Of a DNA stretch of 64,000 nucleotides, positions 12,362 to 25,800 are shown in pieces. Numbering within the stretch: position 1 is the first letter of the stretch; each line of letters opens with the position of its first letter. Source of the DNA: Balamuthia mandrillaris (lineage: Eukaryota); contig JAVKOQ020000013.1 of the NCBI GenBank assembly GCA_031835245.2, positions 186,001 through 250,000 of the forward strand. Reading direction: 5' to 3'. A program made the translations under genes and the position numbers. Below the pieces are notes generated by a model, which saw only the letters and a program-made list of their open reading frames with translations, was not told where the DNA came from and did no database searches.

Positions 12362-12637
12362 TCACTGGTGAAAGCAACCATGTTCCTTTTGCTTCTTGGC
12401 GTTTGAAGAAGAGGAAGATTCACCATTTGTTGCTTTCACCTCACCACGAGCCTCCGCAAGCAGTTTCTCAAGTTCGTTGATGCGGTGTAACGCAACATGC
12501 AGATCTTTTTTGGTTTGGTGATGTAATTCTTGATGGGCCGTAATGATTCCATGTGCTATTGTAATGTGTTAACTTGAATTTAGAACTTATTTATCTCCTC
12601 GTTTCCTTATTCTTCTTCTTGTGCTTCTTCTTCTTTC

Positions 12638-12671
<34 letters not shown>

Positions 12672-13069
12672 TCCTTTTTCTTGAAAAACGTGTTTGATAA
12701 ACAGTACCAATTCGAATTATTCTCCACAACCGCAACATGAGCAACAAACTTCCTGCCAGGGTGTCCCTCAGCACAACCTCAATGACAAATGCCCTGTATT
12801 CAAAGTATGTTAAACGATCGGCCAACTCTTTTGGGAGCAACACAGTTCTAACTGTTACTTACGCCGCTACAATCAGTGCATCCACAACATACAGTGGATG
12901 CCTGATAAAGTCTAAGCCCAGAGCAAAGAACAGTGTCAATAACTCCAACGCAAAGATGCTCAGTATTGTAACTGTGAACCAAAACAATACCTCCTCTATA
13001 ACCAACACAAACAAGTAAGTACTTGGAAGAAAGAGATAAAACAAGAAACAAAACGATGACAAGAGAGAG

Positions 13070-13105
<36 letters not shown>

Positions 13106-13172
13106 AGAGGAGAGTAAGAGAGAGAGAGAGAGGGAGAGAGAGAGAGAGAGGGAGGGAGAGGGAGGAGAGAGA

Positions 13173-13223
<51 letters not shown>

Positions 13224-13660
13224 GAGCGAGCAAAAAAATAATAATATAGAACATAGACGAAGCATACCGACAACATGGACAGCATGGTCTTCTTCCTCAT
13301 TCTCTTCCTCGCCTTCGCAGGTCCTTTCCAACAGCAGCAATTCAACCACCAGGATTACCACCTCTACAAGCAAAAGCGCCACCAAGAAATATTGAAACCG
13401 TGGATTCTCCAAAAACTGGGCTATCTTCACTCGTATCCGACTTTAAAGGAGGAAGATGGAGGAGAGAGCAGAGAGAGAACAAACATTTTAGCAAAAGAGA
13501 AGCACACAGAAATAAACAGCAAACGTACTGTATCTTAGGAAAGTGTTCAGCCTTTTCCAATCGCTCTCGCTTCTTCTGGTGAGGGTACTTGTGGGTGCCC
13601 AGCAGCCATCCAAATTTTCCTACCAGCCCCCTGTGAAGCACATTGGGCACCTTAACGTTG

Positions 13661-13696
<36 letters not shown>

Positions 13697-14110
13697 TCCC
13701 TCTCTCTCCCTCTCTCTCTCTCCTCTCTCTTCTCTCTCTCTCTTACTCTCTCTCTCTCTCTTACTCTCTCTCTCTCTCTCTCTAACAAACTAAACAGTGC
13801 ATACCGTCGCGTGGTTTCCAGCAGGTGATGATGATGCGGATGTTTGCAATGCTGGTACTTGTGATGTTGTTCACGCAGGTGCTTTTGCTTGGTTTTGCCC
13901 AAAGGGTTGACCTAGTGAGACTGACTCCATGAGTAAAGTTCGTAACTTGAAAAACAAAAAAAAAACAGAAAAGCAATGTACAGCTTCTTCATCCTTTCCT
14001 TCTGAACTCTCTCCTTTTTCTTCTTCTTCTTGGTGGTGTTCGATGCGCTCCAACTCGTGTGCTCCCTCGTCCTTCTCTCGTCGTCCGGAAGAGGTCCTTC
14101 GTGTTGTCAT
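12362..14110 (-). CDS. HVCN1: Voltage-gated proton channel Hv1-like, paralog A (S1 Glu, His-rich N-terminus)
   Basis: Four TM segments; S4 LRLWRIIRIAHG (RxWRxxR); C-terminal coiled coil; no pore domain. Confidence 0.85.
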
Positions 14111-14306
14111 TCCTGTTTGTTCGTTTTGATTCTGTTTTTCTTTTTTTTATTCTAATTATAAAATTTATTTATGGATTTTTTACGTCGAATTTCGTTCTCG
14201 TTTCTTGTCGCCGGTTCGACTACCACTAGCGACATTGAAGTTTTTAATAAATAAAAAAGGACATCGGTTCGATCCTCGCTCTGTACATTGTTTTTGTTGT
14301 TTTTTT

Positions 14307-14494
14307 TCAATCGCGAAGAGAGCCGCGCCTTCTCAGCCGTTCCACCTCCTGTTCGAGCTCATGAACGCGGGCGCGACTCTCTTCGAGGTTCTGTTTTGTG
14401 TTTCGGTGCAGGTCTTGTTGAGCAGTGATGACTCCATGGACTGTTGCAACAGGGAAAGTTAGAGATGAGAGGGAGCAGAGAGAAAATGGAATGA

Positions 14495-14544
<50 letters not shown>

Positions 14545-15563
14545 GAGATGAGAGACCAAGACGGAGCAATCGCCAAAGCCGAAAGATAACCAACAGCCCG
14601 CTGATAGCTTGCAAGTGCCGAAGCCCTATCTCCAACACAAATGCACTGTTGAGCGACAAGATAAACCTTGAATAAGAAAAAAGTCTTAAGCTTCAAAAAA
14701 AAATGACATACGTTGCAATGATGGCAACTTCCACGATGTATAGAGGATGCTTTAGAAAGTCCAAACCCAACGCAAGCAACAGCAAAAGCAGCTCAAAAGC
14801 GAAAATGGAGAGGATGGACAAGGTCACATAACGCAGCACTTGCTCTTTGGTCAAGCAGAGAGGTGAGAAAAGCTGGCAAAGAGAAAGAAAATGAGAGAGA
14901 GAGAGAGAGCAACAGAGAAACAGAGAAACAGAGAACAGAGAAACAGCAGGAGAGAGAGAGAGAAGAGAGAGAGAGAGCAACAGAGAAACAGAGAAACAGC
15001 AAGAGAGAGAGAAAGAAGAGAGAGGAGAGAGAGAGAGGAGAGAGAGAGGAGAGAGAGAGGACTACCAATGATATGAAAGGTATGGTCACTCTTTTCCTTG
15101 CCGCTCTCGCACGAGGCCTCCATGATGCCCAACTCCACCACCAGCACCAACACGTCCAACACCAGCAGCGCGAGCAAGAAGTACTGCATGAACGGGCCTT
15201 CCAGGAACCTGGCCATCGACAGTCGAAGTGCTCTGTTGGTGTAGTTTTTTTTGTCGGAGGGAGTGAGTGCTCAACAAATGCTCACAAAAAAAAGTGGTCT
15301 CGTTGTTGATAAAAACCGTAGTCCTGAAGGGGGTCCAGCAGCAGTCTCACGCTTGACTTTGCGCTGGTGAGGATAATCCAACAACCACCTCCATCGGGAG
15401 CTTCCAAAACAAACAAAAAGAAAATGGCGAAGATGAGAAGATATGGTTTTTAGAAGCTATGAACTGGTTAAAAAAACACGGATGCTACACACTGGTTTCC
15501 GTTTCCTATGGCTTCACGCCCATGGCTCGGCAGAAGAGGGGTGGCATCGCCATGCTCCGCCAT
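14307..15563 (-). CDS. HVCN1: Voltage-gated proton channel Hv1-like, paralog B (S1 Asp)
   Basis: S1 LLVLDVLVLVVEL, S2 SIFAFELL, S4 FRLWRLLRLVHG, coiled-coil tail; ATG at 15563 after hand splicing. Confidence 0.87.
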
Positions 15564-15889
15564 AACTATTTTTTTAAGTTTTCTTTTTTTTCCTGTGAAT
15601 TTTATCCACGGTCGCTAGACCATGTCGTCACGATTAATACCGTGTCGTCGTGATAAAGGGAAAGTCGACGTCATTATTGAGCGGAAACTTGAATTTTCAT
15701 GACGACATGGTTTTGCTCGGTTCAGCAAAAAAAAAAAACAAGAAGTAACGAAAAAGAACACTTTTTTGTGAGGCATAACAAGCGGACGGCCATTCTCCTT
15801 CCTTCCTTCTTTCGTGTCTCTGCCCTTTGTTCGGTGGTTTTTTTTTTTTTGGTCGCAAGCTGCTTAAGTAGAATACGTAAGAACGCGAG

Positions 15890-16765
15890 ATGCAGAGCTC
15901 ATCCGGCGATGCCTCCCACGCGGCGATGCTGCGCTTGATGAGCGACCTTAAGGCCGTTCAAGATGAAGGCATGAACGCTGGTCCTATCGACGACAAAAAC
16001 ATGTTTCTGTGTACGGCTTCTTTCTTTTTGCTAAACTGCTTTCGTACCTTTTTCGCTGACCTTTGTTTTGTTTTTGTTGAATGAAACAAAAACTACAGGG
16101 CAAGCAACTCTCTTTGGGCCATACGAAACGGCTTGGGAGGGAGGCATCTTCAACCTCACGCTCAAGTTCAGTCCCGACTATCCTCAAAAATATCCTTTTA
16201 TTCTTTTTTAAAATCCCTTTCTTCAATGCTTTTTTTTTTTCATTTTTTTGTCTCCTTAACAAAAACCAATGCAAACGCCTCCAAAAGTTCGTTTCACCAG
16301 TCCTATCTACCATCCGAATGGTACTCTATGCTCTCTTTTTTTGCCTTTCCGTTCTTTGTCGTTTGCTTTTTTCTTTTCTCCTCTCTGCTTCTCTTTTTCT
16401 TTTTTAAACATGTACCTCATGTGGTATTTTTTTCGCCTCACGCATATAGTATATTCGGATGGCTCTCTGTGCTTGGACATCATTCAGAACAAGTGGACGC
16501 CCATCTATGATGTTGCCGCCGTTCTCACCTCCATCACCTCGCTTTTGTCCGACCCCAACCCCGACAGTCCTGCCAACGTTTGTATCTCCTTCCAGTCTTC
16601 TGCTTTTCTTCGTGCTGTCTTTTTTTTTTTTTGCTTCACTTGCTGATGGTGGTGTTACCCCAAATACAAACGATGCAGCCGGAAGCAGCTCGCATATATC
16701 GGGAGGATCGTAAGGAGTACAACAAGAGAGTGCGACGCTGCGTTGCGCGATCCGTGGATTCCTGA
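15890..16765 (+). CDS. Ubiquitin-conjugating enzyme E2, Rad6/UBE2A-B-like; 4 introns, one of them AT-AC
   Basis: [66 protein letters not shown]. Confidence 0.92.
16190..16276 (+). other. U12-type (minor spliceosome) AT-AC intron, 87 nt
   Basis: 5' end ATATCCTTT, branch site TCCTTAAC at 16253-16260, 3' end AC; removal restores DYPQ-K-PPKVRF. Confidence 0.95.
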
Positions 16766-17160
16766 GCAAGGCTCACGCCCACGCCCACGCCCACCAACTC
16801 AGCCATTTCTTTTTTTCTTTTGTTTTGTTTTTTGTTTGTACTTCGTTGTTCATATGTTCATATGTTTGTTTAAACGCTCTCTTTCCACTACAAAAGCAAG
16901 CTTTTAATGGTGGTTTTTTGTACTGACAGAGAGAACGAAGGGTCGCTCACCCCTTCATTCTATCAAGGTTAGGGTTAGCGGTTCGTCTTAAGCGAACCCC
17001 TATGCTGATGTCATATATGACGATTGATCATATGATCGTAATAGATCATAATACTTAATTCGAGGGTCCATCGAAATTGGATTCATTTTTGTATTTTCTG
17101 TCGACTGCTGACAAGAATTGCAGTTCGAAGAGAGCGAAAAGGTAGTGAAAAGAGAGGGAG

Positions 17161-18711
17161 ATGGCGGAACAGTTGGTGCAAGTCAAGGTAGTGGACGCTC
17201 GAGAGATTGGCCAAGCATTGACCGCTCTGAACAGCCACGACGACCCCACCAATTGGTTTGGTTTTGCTCCATAGTCTTCAGCAACCTGAATGCTGACCCC
17301 CTTTTTTTTTCCTCGCTCTCCTTTTGGATCATTGTTTTTTTTTTTCTAGGGTTCTGATGGGCTATGGCCAAGGCATCAATGACATTGTGTTTGTGGGCAA
17401 AGGCTCTGGAGGTCTCAGCGAGTTCAAAGAGCAAATGCAGGATGACAAGATCTTTTTCGCGGTGCTGGAGGTGGTGGTCAAGGGTGACGAGTACAACCCC
17501 GTCAAGCACGTCTTCTTCAGCTGGATCGGCAACCAGGTGCCCCCTGGCGTCATGAAAGCCCGTTCTTCTGGTCATAGAACAGAACTTGTGGAGTGGGTCA
17601 AGGTTTTGCATCTATTCCTTTTCTTGCTGTTCTTCGTTCTTCCGTCTTCCTTCTTTCTTCTTTCTTCGTTCTTCCTCTTTCTTTTTCTTATTGTTTTCTC
17701 TTTCAGTGTTTTTTGAAACACTTGCTTATCTTTGTTACTTTTTTCCACAAAGAAATTCGTAAGCGTCAGCTGTGAATACCAAACTGAGAAGAGAACGGAT
17801 ATTCACTATGATCCTATCGCTCAAGCTATTACTCGCATGCGTGCTACTTATCATACCAGTCATGAACCTACTCAGGTTGCTTTTTCTTTTATGCTCTGTT
17901 TTTGTTTATTGGATATTTGTTTGGTTCTCTTGTTGGTTGTTATTCTTGTTGTTCTTCTTCTTTGTCACTCTTTCATCCAGTTCTCACATCAACATTTTTT
18001 GCAGGAACGGCAAGCAATGAGCAGATCATCGGCACAAGGAGGAGGTTCCACTTCCAAGCTCGTAATTGTGGACAAAGCAAAGGTCGTGGCAGGTCTTAAA
18101 GAGGTTTACGAAGCCAAAGCTGATTGGTATTTCATCGCTTTCTGCACTCTCTGCTACTCCTCTCTCTCTCCTTCTCTCTCTCTCTCTCTCTCTCTCTTCC
18201 TTCTTATCTCCATTTCTCACTTAATTTTTATTTCGAACAAAAGGGCGATTTTAGCATACGTGGAAGGCAAGAAGGATGAGGTGGAGTTGGTAGGCACTGG
18301 CAGCGGCGGCGTGGAAGGACTTCGCAACCAATTCCCAACCAACAGAATTTATTTCTGCGTTCTCTCTCTGGACTACCACGCCCAAGGCACACGTGACACT
18401 ATTACCAAGTATTGCTTCGTAACTTTGATTGGTCCCGAAGTGGTTCGTTCTCACTTGCTCGCTCTCTCCTTTCCCCTCATCTCCTCTCTCTCTCTCTCTC
18501 TCTCTCATAACAACCTTTCTTTGTTTCTCTTCCTTTTTTTTGTTTCTAATCATTGTGTGCACAGAAACCTTTGCAAAAGGCTCGCAGCGGAGGACAGAGG
18601 CAGGACATTTGGGACTTTGTGTTGTCGGTGATGCCCCTTCACGCCCACTACCAGCCAGGCAGTGCCCGTGACCTCACCGCTGAGGAGATTCTCGTCAAGT
18701 TTAGGGACTAG
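17161..18711 (+). CDS. Double ADF-H domain actin-binding protein (coactosin/drebrin-like)
   Basis: Two repeats of W..GY/AY...G.G.GG...F..K..F.SWIG/TLIG...KARS. Confidence 0.85.
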
Positions 18712-19266
18712 ATCCGTCTTAAATTACTGTCTGTAACGGTGATCGCGTCACCTTGTGTTTATTTTGTAAGAGGGGATATGTGTGTAACAATGTAAGTGTC
18801 TCTGTCTAGGATATGCGCGTGTGTGCAAGCATCGTTTCTCGCGCCTTTATTGCTCTTGTCGCCCTATTCTTTCTCGCAAGATGTCAGGCTGCAGTACCTT
18901 TCATGTCGGTCTGCTGCATTGCTGGACAATTGCTGCAGTACCGGAAATTTAACATCATGTCGACCTTGATTATGTCGACAAAATCATGTGCATTCCGAAC
19001 ATTTTTGGAATTTGGCGGGAAGAATTAATGTAGACATTGTCGACAAGGCCAAAAACCCCCAAAAAAAAAAAGATCGGCGCAGCGAAGAAGAGAGATTGAA
19101 AGAGAGCAGTTTTGGGAGGGGTGCGTTTGTGGCCTGAAACAGAGCTTGTTTTCTCCTTCTCCCTCTTCTAAGGTTTGTTTTTTTTTTGACTCTTCCGTTT
19201 TTTCACACAACGCTCACGCAATCAATCCCCTTTTTGAAAAAAAAAACAGTTGAGTGACAAAGTGCG

Positions 19267-19556
19267 ATGGAGGTGGATGACGGCACTTCGTCTTCCGCTT
19301 CTCCCCTGAATGGGGAGGAAGAACACTCGGCCACCTTTTCTTTTCTCTCGAGCGAGGAGGAGTACGAGCGACTCAAGCAACAGCCGGAACAGTTGTGCCG
19401 CAAGGCAGAGGCTTTCATCGCGGACCTGCGGCAACAACTAGAGACGGTGAAAGCGGAAGCTTCGATGAACGCTTTGAACAATGGTAAATTTCATTCTTCT
19501 CTCTTCTCCCTTCACTTCGCTCAGCATTATTTTAATCCCGTTCCTTTTCTTCTCTT

Positions 19557-19603
<47 letters not shown>

Positions 19604-19757
19604 CTCTCTCGCTCTCTCTCGCTCATACATTCCAAAAAAAAAGAGCAACTCTTCACACAGCTAGAGCAGAATTATCATACGGCCCAACAGGAGCGCGCTC
19701 ACATTCTCGAGACTCACGAAAAGCTTCAAGCCCGAGTTTCGCTTCTTGGTATTTTTC

Positions 19758-19802
<45 letters not shown>

Positions 19803-22800
19803 TTTGTTCATCTCTATTTTTTCTTGCGCGCGCTCTCTCTCTCTCTCTCTCCTTCCCTCTCTCGCTCCGTCTTCACCTCCCTCTCTACTCTCTTCCTCTT
19901 CTAAGATGATATATAGTATCGCTTCTCTGATTTTTGATGAGAAGTTGCACGTCAGTCTGATCACTAGCTTTTCCTTCTCCTTTCTCTCCTCTCTCTTTCT
20001 GATCCTGGTTCTACCTGTAATCTTGCTTTGTTCTTCACTGTGCCTTGGCTTACCGTCTTTCGTTGTTACTCGAATACAGAAGAACAAGAAGCAAATAGAA
20101 AGGAAAAGATACAAGAGCTCGAAAATCAGTTGTCAGAAAAAGATGTTTTGGTGAGTGAAATGAAGAAGGAAAACAACCAGCTGCGCACTGAAAAGCGAGA
20201 GGCCTTGACTTTCCTAAACGACAAGGGCACTACCCTAACTTCCTATCAAGGTTCGCCCTTTCTCTTTCCTATTCTTCCCTTTCTTCATCTTCTTGAAAAC
20301 GAGATAAACGAATACATTTTATTTTACTTTATTTTAAAACAACAGAGGAAGTTAAAGAGTTGACAACAAAGGTTGCCGATCTTACCAACAGCAAAAAGGA
20401 ATTGGAAAACAAGGTGGCGGAGTTGGAAGATGAGCTCCTCTCTAGCAAGGTACTTAATCCCTTTAAGCCAAAGATAAATTAATATGTTAACTAACTTTAT
20501 TCGTTGCATCTCCTCTCTCTCTCTCTCTCCCCTCTCTCTCTCTCTCTCTCTCTCTCCTGTTATTGTGTGGATATTTTTTAAAATATTAGCACAAGTTGGC
20601 ACGAGCAGAGCTAGAAAAAGACAACCTCAACAGCAGAGGTCAATGGCTACAAGAGGAATTCGAGGCCAGAGGTCAAGAAATCCAAGCTCTCCGCACAGAA
20701 ATGGTCTGTTATTTATCTTTCATTTCATTTCAGTTCACTTTGTTTTGTTTGTTTCTTTTAAAGAATGAAGGGGATCTGATCTTTATTCATTTTAGGCACC
20801 AAAAGTATTCAAGTTAGAGACTAAAGTGGAGGAGCTAACGGCCCAGAACAAGCACTTGCTGGAAACGGTAGATGCACTAAAGGAAAGGAATGCCGAGCAA
20901 GAAAAATCTTTGCAGAAGTACATGGATGAGGCCGAACGTCACAAGAACGAGCTCGCTCTTCTTCATGAACATTATCGCCATGAGTTGGAAACCAAGTCCA
21001 AGCTTGCCAAGCTCTATGAGGTATGTAATCCGTGCCTTCATACTTTACGATTCTTTTTTCACATGTTTGTTTCTTTTCTTCTCGCTTTTCTCTTTGTTCA
21101 TACAAATAGGACTCAGCGGATGAAGCCTCCAAGAAAGTGAGCGAATTGCAAGGCGCATTGGAGGCCTCTCATCAGTTGGTGGAAAGCAACAAACGTCAAT
21201 ACCAACAGTCGCTTAGCAAAGCGAAAGAGGAGCTGGAAAACCTTCAAAAGGCCTACAAAGAATGTCAACAAGAAGCCGAAGAATTGAAAGAAAGACTCCA
21301 AACCTCCTCATTTGGTGGTGCTGACACGCCATTCACTGGCCGACGTTCGTCGAGTAGAGAGACGACAACGGGAGTGGAAGGAGGTTCCTTTTCTATGCCC
21401 TCCTCTCCTTCTCGTCTTGGAACAGATTCTTCTTTCTCCTTCACTTTGCAACGCAAGTACGAAGAGGTCACGAAGACTCTTCTCAATCAAAAGGATGAGA
21501 ACCGCCGTTTAACCAATTATCTCAACCAAATTTTGCGAGAAATGGAGCAAAAGGTACTAAGGCACACTTCATTTGTTCTCTCCCTCCTGCTCTCTCGTCA
21601 GAAAATGGGAACTAAAGGTGTTTGCTTATGTTTCGTACGCTAGGCGCCATTGTTGAAAGAGCAAAGAGAAGAATATGAGCGAATGTACAGGAAGCACACA
21701 GATCTTACCGAACAACTGGAGCACTGCATGCATGAAAAGGAAGACCTGAAAGTGAAAATGGCATTAGTCACTCGCGACAACAAAGAACTTCGACAGCAGA
21801 GCAAAGATCTCTCTCGACAAGTACAGCTTCTTTTGGACGAATGCCTCAAAAAGTCTTCTTCAACTCCTCCTACTTCTGAAGAACCATCTGTTCTCGACGC
21901 AAATGCAGTAATCACAGAGAATCTTTTAACTTTCAAAGACATTCAAGAACTTCAAATTAAGAACCAAAAGCTGCTCCGTGTGGTTCGTCGGTTGAGCTCC
22001 GAACAAGAAACGCAGGCCAAAGCCATGGCGGACGCAAAGTTACAGGAAGCCCTTCGCGAGCTAGAGAGCCTTCGTTTGGCGCGCTCTCGCACTACCGAGA
22101 AAGTTCAACAGCTCATTCGACAGAGAGACATGTACAAAGCTCTCTTGGCGCAACATATCGGCAGCGATGGCATCATCAGTGAACAAACGGCACTGACAGA
22201 ACTTGCGGGAAGGAAAGCAACAAATGGTAGCAGTAGCAGCAGCGACCAACCACAACCGCAACAACCGTCGCTACTCTTAAAGGAGCTGCAACGAGAGTTT
22301 GATGAGTACAGAAAGGAGAAACAAAAGGACGAGGAAATGAATCAACAAACGATCGACAAACTGCGTGAGGAAAGCTCCTCCCTTCGCATACAGCTCGCCA
22401 AAGCGGAGAGCCGCAGCGAGTCCCTGCAAGAACGCCTCGACCTCCTCCAAAAGAACGTGACCGCTCACTCCAAAGAGTACGAGGGCTATCGCGCGCGCAA
22501 CGCCGAACTCATGGCCTCTCTCAGCCGTCATCAAGAGCAAATGGAGCAGCTACGTCAGGAGCTGGCCACTGCAAGACATGAAGCAAGACAACAAGAGAAT
22601 CAAGTCATTCGGTTGCGAGCAGAGAAGGAGGCTTTGGCCAAAGCGGATGCTCGTAACACGGAGGAGATGAGCTCCCTAAGAAGGGAGAAGCGCCAGTCAG
22701 AGCTCTTGGTGGAGAACTTGCAGCATTTGCTGAGCTCGAGAGATGTGACGGAGAGCACGTTGAGACAGAACCATTCCATGGAGCTCAGGAGCTTGAAGGA

Positions 22801-25800
22801 TGAGTGCACGGCGTTGCGAGAGAGGTTGGAGAGAGAGAAGGAAGAGCATCGAGCAGCCATAAGAGAGGCAGAGCTCAAAGCGAATGATGCAGTCTTGAAC
22901 TTGGCGAACAAGGAGAAGGAAGTTCACGAGTTGAGGGAGAAAGTATTAAACTACCAGCATAGCAATCAGACGTTGCAGAACGAGATCAACCAGCTTACTC
23001 AGCGTCTTGCGACCAGCGAAAAGAGGGTCAGTAGTTTCCTCCTTTTCTTCTTGTTTTGTTATTGTTTTTGGGGTTATTTAAAACCTTTCCCATTTAGTTG
23101 GAGATGCTGATAGCTAAGAAGCCAACAACGGAGGCCATATCCACATCCACAGCGCAAGGAGAAGCCGAATCAACCGGAGATATCCTTGTGAGCAATAAGC
23201 AAGTGGAAGGATTAATGTTGGAGCGTGACCTATTGAAGAGCGAGCTGCAAAGCTTGAGAGAGGAACTCGCTCAAGAGCAAGAGCATCTTTCTCATTACAA
23301 GGCGATCGCTGCAGAGCGAGAAGAAGCTCTTCGAGACAGTTCTGAAGCTCACGATAAGTACAGAGCCCTCACCGAAGAGAAACTGGCTTCCCTTCAATCC
23401 TCCCTCCAACAACACGAAACCGTTAACGAGGAGCTGCGTCACGCTCTAGACAAGCAGCACTCCACCTCTTTTGCTCAACAGGAGGAATGGGAGGGCAAAC
23501 TGCGTTCTACCAACCAAGAACTGACGGTGGCGTTGGCCCGAGAGAGGGAGCTCAAAGAGCAATTAGAGGAAGCACAAGCTCGAGAGACGGAGCTAAAGAA
23601 AGACTTGGAGACTCATGCTAAGCTCACAGAAGAAGCCCAGAGCAACTACGAGCGAGAAGTGGTGTTGCACGCTGCTGCGGTGAGCCAGCTCTCGGACGTC
23701 AAAGCGCAGATAGGAGAGTTAACGCTGAAGTTGAAGGAGGCGGGACTGAGGGAGCAGTCCTTGAAGGCAGAGATGGAGGCTACAAATAATTCAGCAGAGG
23801 AAAGGGTGGTTGCTGCACAAAAGCAAGTTTCGGAGCTGGAGGAGCGCTTAACGGAGCTAAAGAAGCAAAACGACCTTTTGCATACCCACATGGAGAGTTT
23901 GACGGCTACAACAAAGAAGCAACTGAGCAAACAAACTCTAGAAGAGAAGGAAAAGGAAAACGAAGAAGGAACCTCAGAGAAACCGTCATCTTTGAGTGGC
24001 GACATTCATGATAAGAGCATGGAAGAGCTACACCAAATTGTGCGTTGGCTGCGCAGGCAAATGGAGATCTGTGAGTGCAAGCTCTCTCTGGCTCAACAGG
24101 AGAGCACTCGATACCGACAACAATTTGACCATGCTCAACGCACCCTCGACGAGCTCCGCAGCAAGCTCCGACAGGAACAAGAGAGACAGTCCTCCAAAGC
24201 CACATCTGATGCGGAACATCGCTCGCTCCTCGCTCAACTGGAACAGCTCAACCTGCTGCGAGAGAGCAACGTCATGCTGCGCGCAGAGAACGAACGCCTT
24301 CACACACAGCTTAAAGACTGGGAGGAGAAGGCCAAGCACCTGGAAGCTCAGATACGACCCTTGCTGCAAGAGAAGAAAGAGCTGGAAGCTGTGCAACAAG
24401 CTCTTCAGGCAGAGAAGCAAGCTCTCGACGAGGAGAACGGACGTTGGAGAGCTCGTTTGCAACAGTTGATGGATCGTTATCAACGTGTAGACCCGGAGAA
24501 GCACGCCAAGCTCGTTGCCGACCACAAGACCCTCACTGATAGCTTGCTGAGGGCCAAGCAAGAAAAGGCTACCATCGAAGAAACCCTCACGCAACGCACG
24601 CAGCAGCTACAGGAGAGGGAACAAAAGTTGGAGGTGGTGGAGACCAAATTAAAGAAGGTCACGCAGTACGCTCAGCATTGGAAGGCAGAGGCTGAGAAAG
24701 GCAAGAAGGAAAAAGAGGCTCTGCAAGCGAGGTTGGATGCTTCCTCCTCCTCAACGGAAACTCAGCAACAGCAACAGCAGCAACAAAAGGAACAACAGGA
24801 GAGACAAATGCAAATTCAAGCATTGAACGCACAGTTGGATAAACTGAAAGCGGAAGTAGCCTCTCTGCAAACGAAGCTCGCTGAGGCAAGCGCCGCCAAG
24901 CAAACCATGGAGAACGAGCTGAACGAGACCAAACAAAAGTTTGCCAAGTGTGTGGCTGCCCTCAAGAAAACTCGCGTAGCACTGCAAGCTAAGACCCAGG
25001 AGCTTGCAGCTCATAAAGGCGGTGCATCAGATGCCAGTACCACCATTCCTCAACAACACCCACAAGCCCAACCACAACTACCTTCTTCTCCAGCTGCTTC
25101 CACTGTATCAAAACCGGCAGAAGCTACACAAACGCTTCAAACTCAAATAGTGGGTCTTACTCCCCCGTCTTCTGCACCTGCAGCTATCACTTCTCCTATC
25201 GCTGCTCCTCCAACAACATCAGCGCCAACGCCAACGCTACCTACGGTGGCTGGACGCAAACGCCAAGCAGGCGAGATGCTGTCACCTCAAACTGAGGAAG
25301 CACAAACAAAGATGGAAGAGGAACAAGCAAAGGAAAAAGAGACGGAAGCGAAAGAGGAGAAAGAAGAAGAAACACAAGAGAAGCCAGACGAGGAAGCCAT
25401 GGACATTCCCTCTTCTGCTGCTCCTGCTCAAGAGGAGGAGGAAGAAGAGGAACAAGGAACGACATCAGCGACAGCAGCACAGCGAGCTGCCGCGCTTGAG
25501 ATGACGATGATGAAGGAGGCCGCTGCTGCACAAGAAGGTCCTCTTCAAAAGAGACAACGGCTGACTGTTGCTGAACCTTCCCCTGAAACAGAACATCAAC
25601 AGCCACCAACAGCAGAAGAAAAAGAGGAGGGAGAGGCAGAACAAAAGGCTGCTGATGCTATGGTGATCACAGCCCCTTCTGCGCCTTCTTCAGCCTCTTT
25701 AGGTGCAGTTCGCACTCGACCGTATGCCGGTCGTAAAACGCCTTCTCGTGGCAAAGCAGCTTCTTCTTCTTCTGGTGCTTCCACTTTATCTTCTTCCTCT

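Noticed and set aside
16967..16978. TTAGGG telomere-like word
   Set aside because: Fewer than two full units; not an interstitial telomeric array
23180..23190. ATATCCTT U12-like donor inside TPR
   Set aside because: Lies in a 1033-codon open exon (GDIL); no branch site or AC acceptor is needed to keep the frame
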